A stretch of DNA of 63,944 bases, the filler included, from Octopus bimaculoides (taxonomy: Eukaryota), in NCBI RefSeq assembly GCF_001194135.2. It is 5 parts of 5 records of this genome, joined end to end, with 100 filler letters (N's around TTAATTAATTAA, not from the genome) between each part and the next. Parts side by side here need not be neighbours in the genome. Positions count along the whole stretch, not along the records: positions 43,451 to 61,473 come from NC_068991.1; positions 61,574 to 62,733 come from NW_026368169.1; 3 more parts are not named here. One strand, written 5' to 3'. Positions 49,825 to 61,617 of this stretch are shown in pieces. Each line of letters opens with the position of its first letter. Within the stretch, counting starts at the first letter, position 1. Both the position numbers and the translations under genes were made by a program. The notes below the pieces were generated by a model. The model searched no databases. It was not told where the DNA came from and saw only the letters and a list, made by a program, of their open reading frames with translations.

Positions 49825-51110
49825 TCAGCTCTAAAAGAAATGTTAGAATGATTACGTTGGATACCAAACTAAATGATTTATAAAGTTCTGATACCGGATA
49901 AAAACTCATTGGCACTGGAAAGAGTTTAAGGTTTGCAACATCTTAGTGAGAACAGTACGTGTCAATAGAAGCAAAATTTGATGACGGGCTTAAGCAGCTA
50001 TTCCGTTATATATCATGGATGGTTTGATGGAATGGCTCCTGAATGTGTGGCTCAGCAATCAAACTGGGTGTGTAATGTGGCGATAAAGAAAATTGTACTT
50101 CAAGCAAAAACTGAAAAATTGCATACCGATTTGCAGAAGTTGTAATCTACAATACCTTAAATAAGATTTTTAAAAAATAATCTAGTCAGAAAAGGCTGGA
50201 TGAAATATTTAAGAGGTGCCTTTATGTTTTCGCTACTAGAATAAATGGTGAATCTGCCAGTAGTGATTCAAAGACTGTTGCTGATTATCTCAAAGAGCTG
50301 AAAACCGTGATTGTCGAAAGAACCTACACACAGACAATTTGCACACGCTTTTGATAAAGCTAAGCGTTTCTAAAAGCGTATATCTGATACGACTAGTATT
50401 TCTACTGACGCAAATCATCATCAGGCTTTGCAGTTTCCAAGACTCATTTAATGCATTTTGTATGAGGAAACGCTACTGGTAATATAAAATTAAATCTACA
50501 TGTGTATTACTCAAAAAATCCAAGGGCCTTCAAAGACTATGAAAGATTAAATCTACTCAAATCTGGTGTTCAAAGTGGATAGCTTGGATGTCTATACGGC
50601 TTTTACCTCAAGACTGGCTTACAAGGATCTTTGTTGTCCTGATGGTGAAATGAAATTAAATCTAGTTGTGAATCACTCCAAAAAATCTGAGAGCTTCAAA
50701 GACTACGCTAAGTTTAATATATTGATACGGCGTTCAAACAAGAAAGCTTCGATGTCTACAAGTTTTTTTTTCCAAGGCTAGCTTACAATTTTTTGAGGTT
50801 GTGAATGGGATTACCAGCTGCACAATGAAACAATGGCCCTTTTAGAGAATGCACCAAGCGATCCAGTGAGCTTAGATTATTTTTCTGATAATGTTAGAGT
50901 GGATCATATTCTTAACAACCACAGCTTCTTTGTTCCAACCAATAAATCGAACCGGATCAATTTTAACTTCAAACTTCAAGGTATATTATCTGAGAAGAAC
51001 TTTGAACCAGTTCGTAAAAACAATTGATGGGAAGAATAAAGCTACAGTGAAAGACGTGAGGAAAAGGTTTCTCGTATGATAGATGTGCGGATAATATTGG
51101 TGAATCATGA
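49825..51110 (+). mobile_element. Tigger/pogo transposase fossil with an internal duplication
   Basis: KRNVRMITLDTKL (HTH_psq-like), MEWLLNVW, IVLQAKTEKLHTDL, KGW, INGESASSD, GNATGNIKL..YYSKNPRAFK, SNKKASM, LLENAPS, TASLFQPIN and NFKVYYLRRT. These are colinear with Tigger1-type CENP-B/DDE_1 proteins. Confidence 0.85.
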
Positions 51111-51497
51111 GATGATGAGAAACTCACAGCTACAGAAGCATATAGTCAGAATGTATCCCTACATTGTGTGTGTATGTGTGTGTGTGTGTNNNNNNNNNNA
51201 AAAAAAACAATAATGGACAAAATAAATGAGAGAAAAAAATTGAACTCATCAATCGATAAGTCAAATAAAATATATTTAAAAAAACAGACATAAACTCATT
51301 GACGCACGCACACGTGCGCGCTCATGTACGCACATAATTTAACATATCTGAAATAACATACGGTCTACGAAACTATAAGATAACGAGAAAAATAAACTAT
51401 AAACATCTACATATTTCAATAGGGATCATTTGTTCAGATGCATCGATTCTTATTATTGTTATTATCATCATATAAAGAAATATTTTTTTATTTGTTG

Positions 51498-51550
<53 letters not shown>

Positions 51551-51816
51551 CTTCCCCCACCTCCTCCTCCTCCTCCTACTACTACTACTAGTTTTATTGT
51601 TGCTCTTATTTTGAGATCATTATAGCGGTCAATAATCCTACTACACAGACACGTCCGCGTTGACACAATGCATTATTGAGAACAGGAGCACTTGTGCGAA
51701 TTATTGAACCACGTGTCAACTATCGAACAGCGTATGCTAAATATACAAATGTACATACATTCCTTGCTCCAAGTTTGCAGGTGATTTTATTCAAATATAA
51801 GTGTATTTACATATAA

Positions 51817-51971
51817 GTGGCTGTGTGGTAAGTAGCTTGCTTACCAACCACGTGATTCCGGGTTCAGTTCCACTGCACGGCACCTTGGCCAAGTGTCTTC
51901 TACTATAGCCTCGGGCCAACCAAAGCCCTGTGAGTGGATTTGGTAGACGGAAACTGAAAGAAACCCGTTGT
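51817..51971 (+). mobile_element. SINE family A 5' half, young
   Basis: GTGGCTGTGTGGTAAGTAGCTTGCTTACCAACCAC..GGAAACTGAAAGAAACCCG. Confidence 0.92.
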
Positions 51972-53579
51972 AGGGGTAGTTTATCCTGTTTAGGCTATAA
52001 TATTAGCATTATCCTTCGTTTGAGAATTTGAAATCACTTCTTTAACTTTCTAAGACATCTCAACGCTTCTAAAAGCAAACTTCGTTTGTTTGTTTNNNNN
52101 NNNNNNNNNNNNNNNNNNNNNNNNNNNNNNNNNNNNNNNNNNNNNNNNNNNNNNNNNNNNNNNNNNNNNNNNNNNNNNNNNNNNNNNNNNNNNNNNNNNN
52201 NNNNNNNNNNNNNNNNNNNNNNNNNNNNNNNNNNNNNNNNNNNNNNNNNNNNNNNNNNNNNNNNNNNNNNNNNNNNNNNNNNNNNNNNNNNNNNNNNNNN
52301 NNNNNNNNNNNNNNNNNNNNNNNNNNNNNNNNNNNNNNNNNNNNNNNNNNNNNNNNNNNNNNNNNNNNNNNNNNNNNNNNNNNNNNNNNNNNNNNNNNNN
52401 NNNNNNNNNNNNNNNNNNNNNNNNNNNNNNNNNNNNNNNNNNNNNNNNNNNNNNNNNNNNNNNNNNNNNNNNNNNNNNNNNNNNNNNNNNNNNNNNNNNN
52501 NNNNNNNNNNNNNNNNNNNNNNNNNNNNNNNNNNNNNNNNNNNNNNNNNNNNNNNNNNNNNNNNNNNNNNNNNNNNNNNNNNNNNNNNNNNNNNNNNNNN
52601 NNNNNNNNNNNNNNNNNNNNNNNNNNNNNNNNNNNNNNNNNNNNNNNNNNNNNNNNNNNNNNNNNNNNNNNNNNNNNNNNNNNNNNNNNNNNNNNNNNNN
52701 NNNNNNNNNNNNNNNNNNNNNNNNNNNNNNNNNNNNNNNNNNNNNNNNNNNNNNNNNNNNNNNNNNNNNNNNNNNNNNNNNNNNNNNNNNNNNNNNNNNN
52801 NNNNNNNNNNNNNNNNNNNNNNNNNNNNNNNNNNNNNNNNNNNNNNNNNNNNNNNNNNNNNNNNNNNNNNNNNNNNNNNNNNNNNNNNNNNNNNNNNNNN
52901 NNNNNNNNNTATATATATATATATATGCGCGTGTGTGTATGTATATATATATTTACGTGGGTGTATATACATATACATACATATAGAGTGAACATAGGTA
53001 GACATAATTATTATGACAATATATAGGGCTACGTGTCATGAAAATAGCGATGATACGAAGTAACGTACAATTAATGTTTCGTTATCGAAATTGTAGTTGA
53101 GAAATTGCCTGAGGGCGTTCACAAAACGCTCTATTACACGCACTGCTTTGCACGTGATGACGGAAAGCATGATTTATATATACATACATACATGCATACA
53201 TACATACATACATACATACATACATACATACACACATACATACACACATACATACATACACACATACATACATATATANNNNNNNNNNNNNNNNNNNNNN
53301 NNNNNNNNNNNNNNNNNNNNNNNNNNNNNNNNNNNNNNNNNNNNNNNNNNNNNNNNNNNNNNNNNNNNNNNNNNNNNNNNNNNNNNNNNNNNNNNNNNNN
53401 NNNNNNNNNNNNNNNNNNNNNNNNNNNNNNNNNNNNNNNNNNNNNNNNNNNNNNNNNNNNNNNNNNNNNNNNNNNNNNNNNNNNNNNNNNNNNNNNNNNN
53501 NNNNNNNNNNNNNNNNNNNNNNNNNNNNNNNNNNNNNNNNNNNNNNNNNNNNNNNNNNNNNNNNNNNNNNNNNNNNNNN

Positions 53580-53621
<42 letters not shown>

Positions 53622-54412
53622 CATATGTGTGTGTGTATGTACGTATGCATGTGCTTGTATGCATGCTTGTTTATATGTATGTAAATGAATTTGTTTCGTA
53701 GAAAGCTGCTACGTTTCTAATTATGTATATAACATGTAATTAAATGCGAATATATATATATGTATGCATACATGTATAAATGTACATATGTATGTATAAG
53801 TATTCGTGCAAGTATTTAGTTTTATATATATATATATATATATTATATATATCAAAAGGATGTGTTATAATACTATTCCACAGCCATACCAGCAATCCAG
53901 CATTCCTCCATCATCAGCTGCCCCACGGATATCATTATGGTTTCGTCACCTGGGCAGTACCATTCCATCCGGCGGTGTCAACAGCACTAAAATAAGTGTT
54001 GTTTGGGAACAAACAAACCAAAGAAACCACAACTTTCAAACAAATTTACCCTAAGTACAACCATATCGGTAAATTACAACCAACTCCTAAATACGTAACT
54101 AAACAGCAACGAATCTATCAAGTTATACAAAAATTATAATCCCTACTGTCTTCCGTATTATAATATAAAAAGTTTAATAACTACATTCTTTCAATCAATC
54201 AAATTATAGGGAGGATCAAACACTAACTTTAATATTTTAAAGAGGCCATAGGCCAACAGGTCTTAGGGTCTGAAGATACCTCATAAAGGTACCGTTTATG
54301 GCAAGAAACCCAGGGTGACCCTACAAACCGGCATTCACCAGCAATAAATATAGACTGCTCTACTACTTAGAGTGTGCATCTTGTAAGGATATAAATTTTT
54401 TCTAAGAAAACG

Positions 54413-54449
<37 letters not shown>

Positions 54450-54899
54450 CATTATTATTATTATTATTATTAAAGGATTATTAATTTATTAATAAATTAA
54501 TCATTTTACCAAGTAGTNNNNNNNNNNNNNNNNNNNNNNNNNNNNNNNNNNNNNNNNNNNNNNNNNNNNNNNNNNNNNNNNNNNNNNNNNNNNNNNNNNN
54601 NNNNNNNNNNNNNNNNNNNNNNNNNNNNNNNNNNNNNNNNNNNNNNNNNNNNNNNNNNNNNNNNNNNNNNNNNNNNNNNNNNNNNNNNNNNNNNNNNNNN
54701 NNNNNNNNNNNNNNNNNNNNNNNNNNNNNNNNNNNNNNNNNNNNNNNNNNCTACCTACCTACTACCTACCTTCCTACCTACCTACCTACCTACCTACCTA
54801 CCTATCTATCTATCTATCTATCCTATAAATCGAGAAAAAAAAAAATTTTTTAAGTGAGAGAGAGAGAGAGAGCACTTCCCTCTCATGTATCTATTCCCT

Positions 54900-55141
54900 G
54901 CTGAGGTTACCATGGTCTTTTCCGTAGGCTTTTCTCTCCATGGATAAACCTAATGTTACCCCATTTTACACAATTGACATTTTCTGTGATATACGATACC
55001 ACCCCCCGTTTTTTGGCCCCTACCGATCCCTTTTGATCGGATTTTTTATTTTTTATTTTTATTTTATTTTTTTTTTAAAGAAAAACTCTACAGTTGTATG
55101 TTTCCCCTCTGTGTGCAGCCCTGTGTGGCTAATAAAAGAAA
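54900..55141 (+). mobile_element. Probable LINE 3' UTR/terminus sharing its tail with long-tail SINE-B
   Basis: Ends TTTCCCCTCTGTGTGCAGCCCTGTGTGGCTAATAAAAGAAA, similar to the SINE-B long tail at 10357-10397. It is preceded by about 200 bp of unrelated sequence rather than a SINE body, and followed by (CTAT)n. Confidence 0.5.
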
Positions 55142-55149
55142 GTTATCTA

Positions 55150-55239
<90 letters not shown>

Positions 55240-55481
55240 CCTGTCTATCTATATCTATCCATCACCCTATTCTCCCAGTCTGTCTCAACAGAAGGCTGGC
55301 CATAGAAACAGTCGAGCACTATCTCTCTCTGCCTGACGTCATTCCCTCTCTCTCACTATCTGCTGTGGTACGCTTGCACTGAATTATAGATGTGCTGTGA
55401 AGCGAGTTGCAGATTGTCGACGCCCAGCCGCCGCTATAATTCAAAACCCGTTGCCAGCTGCAACTTCTTGTTGCACGATCC

Positions 55482-55527
<46 letters not shown>

Positions 55528-55531
55528 GCCG

Positions 55532-55573
<42 letters not shown>

Positions 55574-56081
55574 CATCATCATCATCATGATCCTCCTCCT
55601 CCTCTTCCTCATCATCATCACCGTAATCATCATCATCATCATCATTATCAACACCATAACGACGACGACCACCACCGCAAACAACAACAACGACTATATG
55701 TCCACCATCATCATAACTCCGACCTCACTCCACAACCACCTCAACAATTACATCTGCAACCACTGCACCACCACCACCAACAACAATAGGAACAACAACA
55801 GTAACAAAATAGACGCCACTATGAACTCGGCCACTGCCACTGCCACCATCACTCATCTCATTACCACCAACTCCGACGCCACTACTCACCTCGTTGCCAC
55901 CAACACCGCCCCCGTGACCACCACCACCAACAACAACACTACTGCCACCACCACCTCGCTTACCGTCGCTTCCACCGCTATCACCCATCGACGCCGCTAC
56001 CTCCACCAGCACAACATCCAGCACTTCCTCCGCCGTCACCTCTTCCTCCGCTACCACCTTCTCCTCCTCCACCGCCACCTC
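55482..56081. repeat. Compound (ATC)n/(ACC)n/(AAC)n trinucleotide region
   Basis: Direct inspection. Confidence 0.9.
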
Positions 56082-56579
56082 NNNNNNNNNNNNNNNNNNN
56101 NNNNNNNNNNNNNNNNNNNNNNNNNNNNNNNNNNNNNNNNNNNNNNNNNNNNNNNNNNNNNNNNNNNNNNNNNNNNNNNNNNNNNNNNNNNNNNNNNNNN
56201 NNNNNNNNNNNNNNNNNNNNNNNNNNNNNNNNNNNNNNNNNNNNNNNNNNNNNNNNNNNNNNNNNNNNNNNNNNNNNNNNNNNNNNNNNNNNNNNNNNNN
56301 NNNNNNNNNNNNNNNNNNNNNNNNNNNNNNNNNNNNNNNNNNNNNNNNNNNNNNNNNNNNNNNNNNNNNNNNNNNNNNNNNNNNNNNNNNNNNNNNNNNN
56401 NNNNNNNNNNNNNNNNNNNNNNNNNNNNNNNNNNNNNNNNNNNNNNNNNNNNNNNNNNNNNNNNNNNNNNNNNNNNNNNNNNNTTTTCCCTTTAATCCTG
56501 TTCTATGACGTTTGAATTAAGTATGAGTGAAGAACTGGTGGTCAAGTTAATTCCACGCTTCAAAATTCTACGTTGTGAC

Positions 56580-56950
56580 CTTGTATTATTATTGCGGAAG
56601 TTCAAGTAGTCAATTCCATTTTGAAGGAATACCAGGCGATGGCAGGAACTAAGATAAAATCTGAAGAGATCGGTAGGTCTGCGACTCGGCAGCTGTAGAG
56701 GTAAGACATGCCGAATTACAACGTAGTAGGTCGATGGACAGACCGACCAATGCAGTTGCCCAATGTCTGGTTTTACCCAGACCTTCGTTTGGACTAGAAC
56801 TGGGAAGAGGTTGCAAGCAGGGTGGCCAGCCTCACTCAGTAATGGAGCGAGAGTAAATCATATCTGAAAGGTCGAGTAGAGATGGCGAATGCGCACATCG
56901 CCTCTTTAATTATTTATCGCTTGACCATTGTGCTTAATAACTGCTTCTAA
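56580..56950 (+). mobile_element. Tx1/L1-clade LINE RT C-terminal fragment, degenerate
   Basis: ILKEYQAMAGTKIKSEE..DMP..GRWTDRPMQLPNVWFYPDLRLD*NWEEVASRVASLTQ*WSESKSYLKGRVEMANAHIASLIIYRLTIV, cf. LKEYExVTGAKINxxKS, LGVWFGPD and LSLxGRAEVAN motifs. Confidence 0.8.
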
Positions 56951-56984
56951 TTTTGACGCGAGGCCAGCAATTCTGAGTAGATAT

Positions 56985-57137
56985 GACTGATCGATTACAT
57001 CGATCTCAGTACTTGACAGGTATTTTATTTTATCGACTCTGGACAGACGAAAGGACAAGTTGAGCTCATCAGGATTGAACTCAGAAAGAAAGGACCGGAA
57101 AAAATACCACAAAGCATTTTTCCGGTGTTGTAGCGGG
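56985..57137 (-). mobile_element. Old SINE-B fragment
   Basis: TCGATTACATCGATCTCAGTAC..TTTATCGAC..GAACTCAGAA..AAAGCATTTT. Confidence 0.65.
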
Positions 57138-57254
57138 CTTTTTTTTTTTTTTTTACCATAATAGGTAATAAGGTGGAGCATAACAAATATTTAAGCAGTT
57201 GGAATGGATATTTCGAAAGAAAATTTACTTTATCCTCGGACTGCACGGCTCGTA

Positions 57255-57457
57255 GGCGCAATGGCCCAGTGGTTGGGGCAGCGGACTCGCGGTTTCGATT
57301 CCTATACCGGGCGCTGTGAGTGTTTATTGAGCAGCAAAGCACATAAAGCACCACGAGGCTCCGACAGGGGATGGTGGCGAACCCTGCTGTACTCTTCCAC
57401 CACAACTTTCTCTCACTCTTACTTCCTCTTTCTGTGGTGCCTGTAATTCAAAGGGCC
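57255..57457 (+). mobile_element. SINE family C (same head type as 30165-30544), truncated by a gap
   Basis: Near-identical to the reverse complement of about 30330-30544, with a 14-nt deletion between two TCGCGG microhomologies. Confidence 0.92.
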
Positions 57458-58396
57458 NNNNNNNNNNNNNNNNNNNNNNNNNNNNNNNNNNNNNNNNNNN
57501 NNNNNNNNNNNNNNNNNNNNNNNNNNNNNNNNNNNNNNNNNNNNNNNNNNNNNNNNNNNNNNNNNNNNNNNNNNNNNNNNNNNNNNNNNNNNNNNNNNNN
57601 NNNNNNNNNNNNNNNNNNNNNNNNNNNNNNNNNNNNNNNNNNNNNNNNNNNNNNNNNNNNNNNNNNNNNNNNNNNNNNNNNNNNNNNNNNNNNNNNNNNN
57701 NNNNNNNNNNNNNNNNNNNNNNNNNNNNNNNNNNNNNNNNNNNNNNNNNNNNNNNNNNNNNNNNNNNNNNNNNNNNNNNNNNNNNNNNNNNNNNNNNNNN
57801 NNNNNNNNNNNNNNNNNNNNNNNNNNNNNNNNNNNNNNNNNNNNNNNNNNNNNNNNNNNNNNNNNNNNNNNNNNNNNNNNNNNNNNNNNNNNNNNNNNNN
57901 NNNNNNNNNNNNNNNNNNNNNNNNNNNNNNNNNNNNNNNNNNNNNNNNNNNNNNNNNNNNNNNNNNNNNNNNNNNNNNNNNNNNNNNNNNNNNNNNNNNN
58001 NNNNNNNNNNNNNNNNNNNNNNNNNNNNNNNNNNNNNNNNNNNNNNNNNNNNNNNNNNNNNNNNNNNNNNNNNNNNNNNNNNNNCGGGCAGCAAAACTCG
58101 ATCATCTTTGGAAAGATAAAAGATTAGGTCGATTGGTTCTTAGCTACTCCAGATCGGGGATCATGCCATCCATAAGTAAATACAACCTGCGACGGACTGG
58201 CGTCGAATTCTGAAGATATAACTGCCATTCTTGTCATAGAATGAAATTAGAGATAAAAACACTGGAGATTGAAATGTCCGTTTCTTCAATATTCTTTTGT
58301 TTTTTGTTTTTGTTTTTTTTCAACCTGGAGGTAGAGACAGCCTCAATAAGTATGTATTTCTAACCTCGTTTATGGAATTTTTACTCAAATTCTCAC

Positions 58397-58457
58397 CAGA
58401 TGCGTTTAATCTTCGACATATCACCGAATTCTTCATCGTTCATTGCATCATCAAATT
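58397..58457 (-). CDS. Candidate 61-nt exon (phase 1 to 2): (E)FDDAMNDEEFGDMSKIKRI(x)
   Basis: Acceptor gtttgaaaccag| and strong donor CTG|GTGAGA. Only one frame is open and the composition is protein-like. No homology recognised. Confidence 0.3.
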
Positions 58458-58962
58458 CTGGTTTCAAACACCACGTCAACATTACACACATGCATATACA
58501 CACACACACATACACCCCCTACACATACACAAACACAAAGACAAACAAACACACATACATACACAACCAGACAGACACACACACACACACACACACACAA
58601 GCGTATACGTCTATACATGTAAAAGCAAAACAAACACAAAAACACACATGCAGCTACGCAAACATGCAAAAGCGCACTATCTTTCTCTTTCTTTCCTTCT
58701 CTTTCTCTCTCTCCCTCACACACACACACACTCTCTCTCTCTCTCTCTCTCCTGCAACCTGTCACCTTCTCAATGTGCTGTCCCTGACAATATGTCACCA
58801 ATGCTTTGTTCAGCAGAATACCAAACCGTCACTTTTCAAGGACACAATAACTAGAGGCTATATGTTAATGTGTGTATGTGTATGTGCGTGTGTGCGTATG
58901 TTTGTGTGCGTGTGTGTTTGCGTACGTATTTCTATATAAATACACACAGGCATGCGCACACG

Positions 58963-59015
<53 letters not shown>

Positions 59016-60108
59016 TTATGAATGTGTACATAGACGCATGCACTAGCACGCACACACTCATACACACACACACACACACACACAGACATTCTCATTCATA
59101 AATTTTTACAAGGATTGGACAAAATAAAAAAAACCGTAACACTACCTTTTATTTAACTATATATTCTTCTGACAATTTGATAATACTAAAATTCTTCAAT
59201 CTATATATATATATATATGGATTAACANNNNNNNNNNNNNNNNNNNNNNNNNNNNNNNNNNNNNNNNNNNNNNNNNNNNNNNNNNNNNNNNNNNNNNNNN
59301 NNNNNNNNNNNNNNNNNNNNNNNNNNNNNNNNNNNNNNNNNNNNNNNNNNNNNNNNNNNNNNNNNNNNNNNNNNNNNNNNNNNNNNNNNNNNNNNNNNNN
59401 NNNNNNNNNNNNNNNNNNNNNNNNNNNNNNNNNNNNNNNNNNNNNNNNNNNNNNNNNNNNNNNNNNNNNNNNNNNNNNNNNNNNNNNNNNNNNNNNNNNN
59501 NNNNNNNNNNNNNNNNNNNNNNNNNNNNNNNNNNNNNNNNNNNNNNNNNNNNNNNNNNNNNNNNNNNNNNNNNNNNNNNNNNNNNNNNNNNNNNNNNNNN
59601 NNNNNNNNNNNNNNNNNNNNNNNNNNNNNNNNNNNNNNNNNNNNNNNNNNNNNNNNNNNNNNNNNNNNNNNNNNNNNNNNNNNNNNNNNNNNNNNNNNNN
59701 NNNNNNNNNNNNNNNNNNNNNNNNNNNNNNNNNNNNNNNNNNNNNNNNNNNNNNNNNNNNNNNNNNNNNNNNNNNNNNNNNNNNNNNNNNNNNNNNNNNN
59801 NNNNNNNNNNNNNNNNNNNNNNNNNNNNNNNNNNNNNNNNNNNNNNNNNNNNNNNNNNNNNNNNNNNNNNNNNNNNNNNNNNNNNNNNNNNNNNNNNNNN
59901 NNNNNNNNNNNNNNNNNNNNNNNNNNNNNNNNNNNNNNNNNNNNNNNNNNNNNNNNNNNNNNNNNNNNNNNNNNNNNNNNNNNNNNNNNNNNNNNNNNNN
60001 NNNNNNNNNNNNNNNNNNNNNNNNNNNNNNNNNNNNNNNNNNNNNNNNNNNNNNNNNNNNNNNNNNNNNNNNNNNNNNNNNNNNNNNNNNNNNNNNNNNN
60101 NNNNNNNN

Positions 60109-60148
<40 letters not shown>

Positions 60149-60950
60149 TATGCCTGTGTCTACGTATGCCTGTGTGTTCCCATTCTCATACCGTTAGTTT
60201 GCATTCTGTTGCATCCCTTACCTTGGTGCATGCTCATCGTGCCTCACGTAACGCACCAGGGTTTCATTCGTTATCGATCGATACAGCATTAAACCGCTGC
60301 AGCCGTTTTGTATCTGCATACTTCTGTATCTCCCACTCTCCAGCGTGCTAATGATTAGGCATCTGCACCTTAATTCGTCCTCCTAGAAATAGCAGTCGGA
60401 TCTCTGTCAAATGCAGTAGAATGTGTTTTGTGGGATATTTTGCAGCTATTTGTGGCAGGTCGAAAGAGCTGCATGTCATGTTCTCTTCCCTGAAGATCCA
60501 GATGGGGCGACAGCTTCTGTTTGTCGGTCACATGCTTCATGGTCATGGCGGTTGACGAAGTATTTCACTGTGATAGAAGCTGACTGGGACACAGCTCTGA
60601 GGATTGCGCGGAACGGCGGATGCAACGACGCGCTGCAGCGGCGCATCGCCCCACATCAAACCCGACTCGGCAATTTGCTCGACTAAAAACCGTCAATGCG
60701 GTGTCCCAACATGGCCGCCGCAGTCCAAGTAAAAGATTTATGGTAAAAGATAAATTTAGAGCAGTAAGTTAGAAGATCTGTTAGAGAGTCGGATGGGGTA
60801 CATTGTGGTAAAGATTCTAGCCCTGCACATTCTCGTATCACGCTATTGAAAAATGGTGACAATCTGTCAGTAAATTGAAGAAGAAATAGTAAATGAAAGA
60901 AAAACGATCAAATCCTACTTTGTTTGGTTTCATAGGACGATGGAACCGCT

Positions 60951-61436
60951 ACCACCCTGTCATCACAGCTACCACCCTGTCATCACAGCTACCACCCTGT
61001 CATCACAGCTACCACCCTGTCATCACAACTACCACCCTGTCATCACAGCTACCACCCTGTCATCACAGCTACCACCTTGTCATCACAGCTACCACCCTGT
61101 CATCACAGCTACCACCCTGTCATCACAACTACCACCCTGTCATCACAGCTACTACCCTGTCATCACAGCTACCACCCTGTCATCACAGCTACCACCCTGT
61201 CATCACAACTAACACCCTGTCATCACAGCTACCACCCTGTCATCACAGCTACCACCCTGTCATCACAACTACCACCCTGTCATCACAACTACCACCCTGT
61301 CATCACAGATACCACCCTGTCATCACAGCTACCACCCTGTCATCACAGCTACCACCCTGTCATTACAGCTACCACCCTGTCATCACATCTACCACCCTGT
61401 CATCACAGCTACCACCCTGTCATCACAGCTACCACC
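60951..61436. repeat. Homogeneous 20-bp minisatellite ACCACCCTGTCATCACAGCT x24
   Basis: 24 counted units with only single-base variants; a recurrent G>A occurs in units 4, 9, 13, 16 and 17. Confidence 0.98.
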
Positions 61437-61573
61437 ACTGCCACCATTCTACAACCGCCGCTACTGCCGCCACNNNNNNNNNNNNNNNNNNNNNNNNNNN
61501 NNNNNNNNNNNNNNNNNTTAATTAATTAANNNNNNNNNNNNNNNNNNNNNNNNNNNNNNNNNNNNNNNNNNNN

Positions 61574-61617
61574 GTGGTTGGTAAGCAAGCTACTTACCAC
61601 ACAGCCACTCCCGCGCC
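61574..61617 (-). mobile_element. SINE family A extreme 5' end abutting a gap
   Basis: GGCGCGGGAGTGGCTGTGTGGTAAGTAGCTTGCTTACCAACCAC on the minus strand. Confidence 0.85.

Noticed and set aside
50380-50436. Minus-strand CTGATGA...GAAA hammerhead-like motif
   Set aside because: Stems I and II pair poorly next to the core, and it lies within the Tigger fossil. Likely chance.
53884-53995. GC-rich segment with HYR-like (SCPTDII) or kinase-like (LMMEECW) snippets
   Set aside because: The similarities are only a few residues long, and the kinase-like frame has a stop right after the only good acceptor.
56495-56857. 121-codon ATG-less minus-strand open frame
   Set aside because: It is the in-register antisense shadow of the plus-strand Tx1/L1-like RT fragment.
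60951-61436. CRISPR-like array or 150-210 aa repeat proteins
   Set aside because: The units are contiguous with no spacers and the context is eukaryotic. The ORFs arise only because the unit lacks plus-strand stops.
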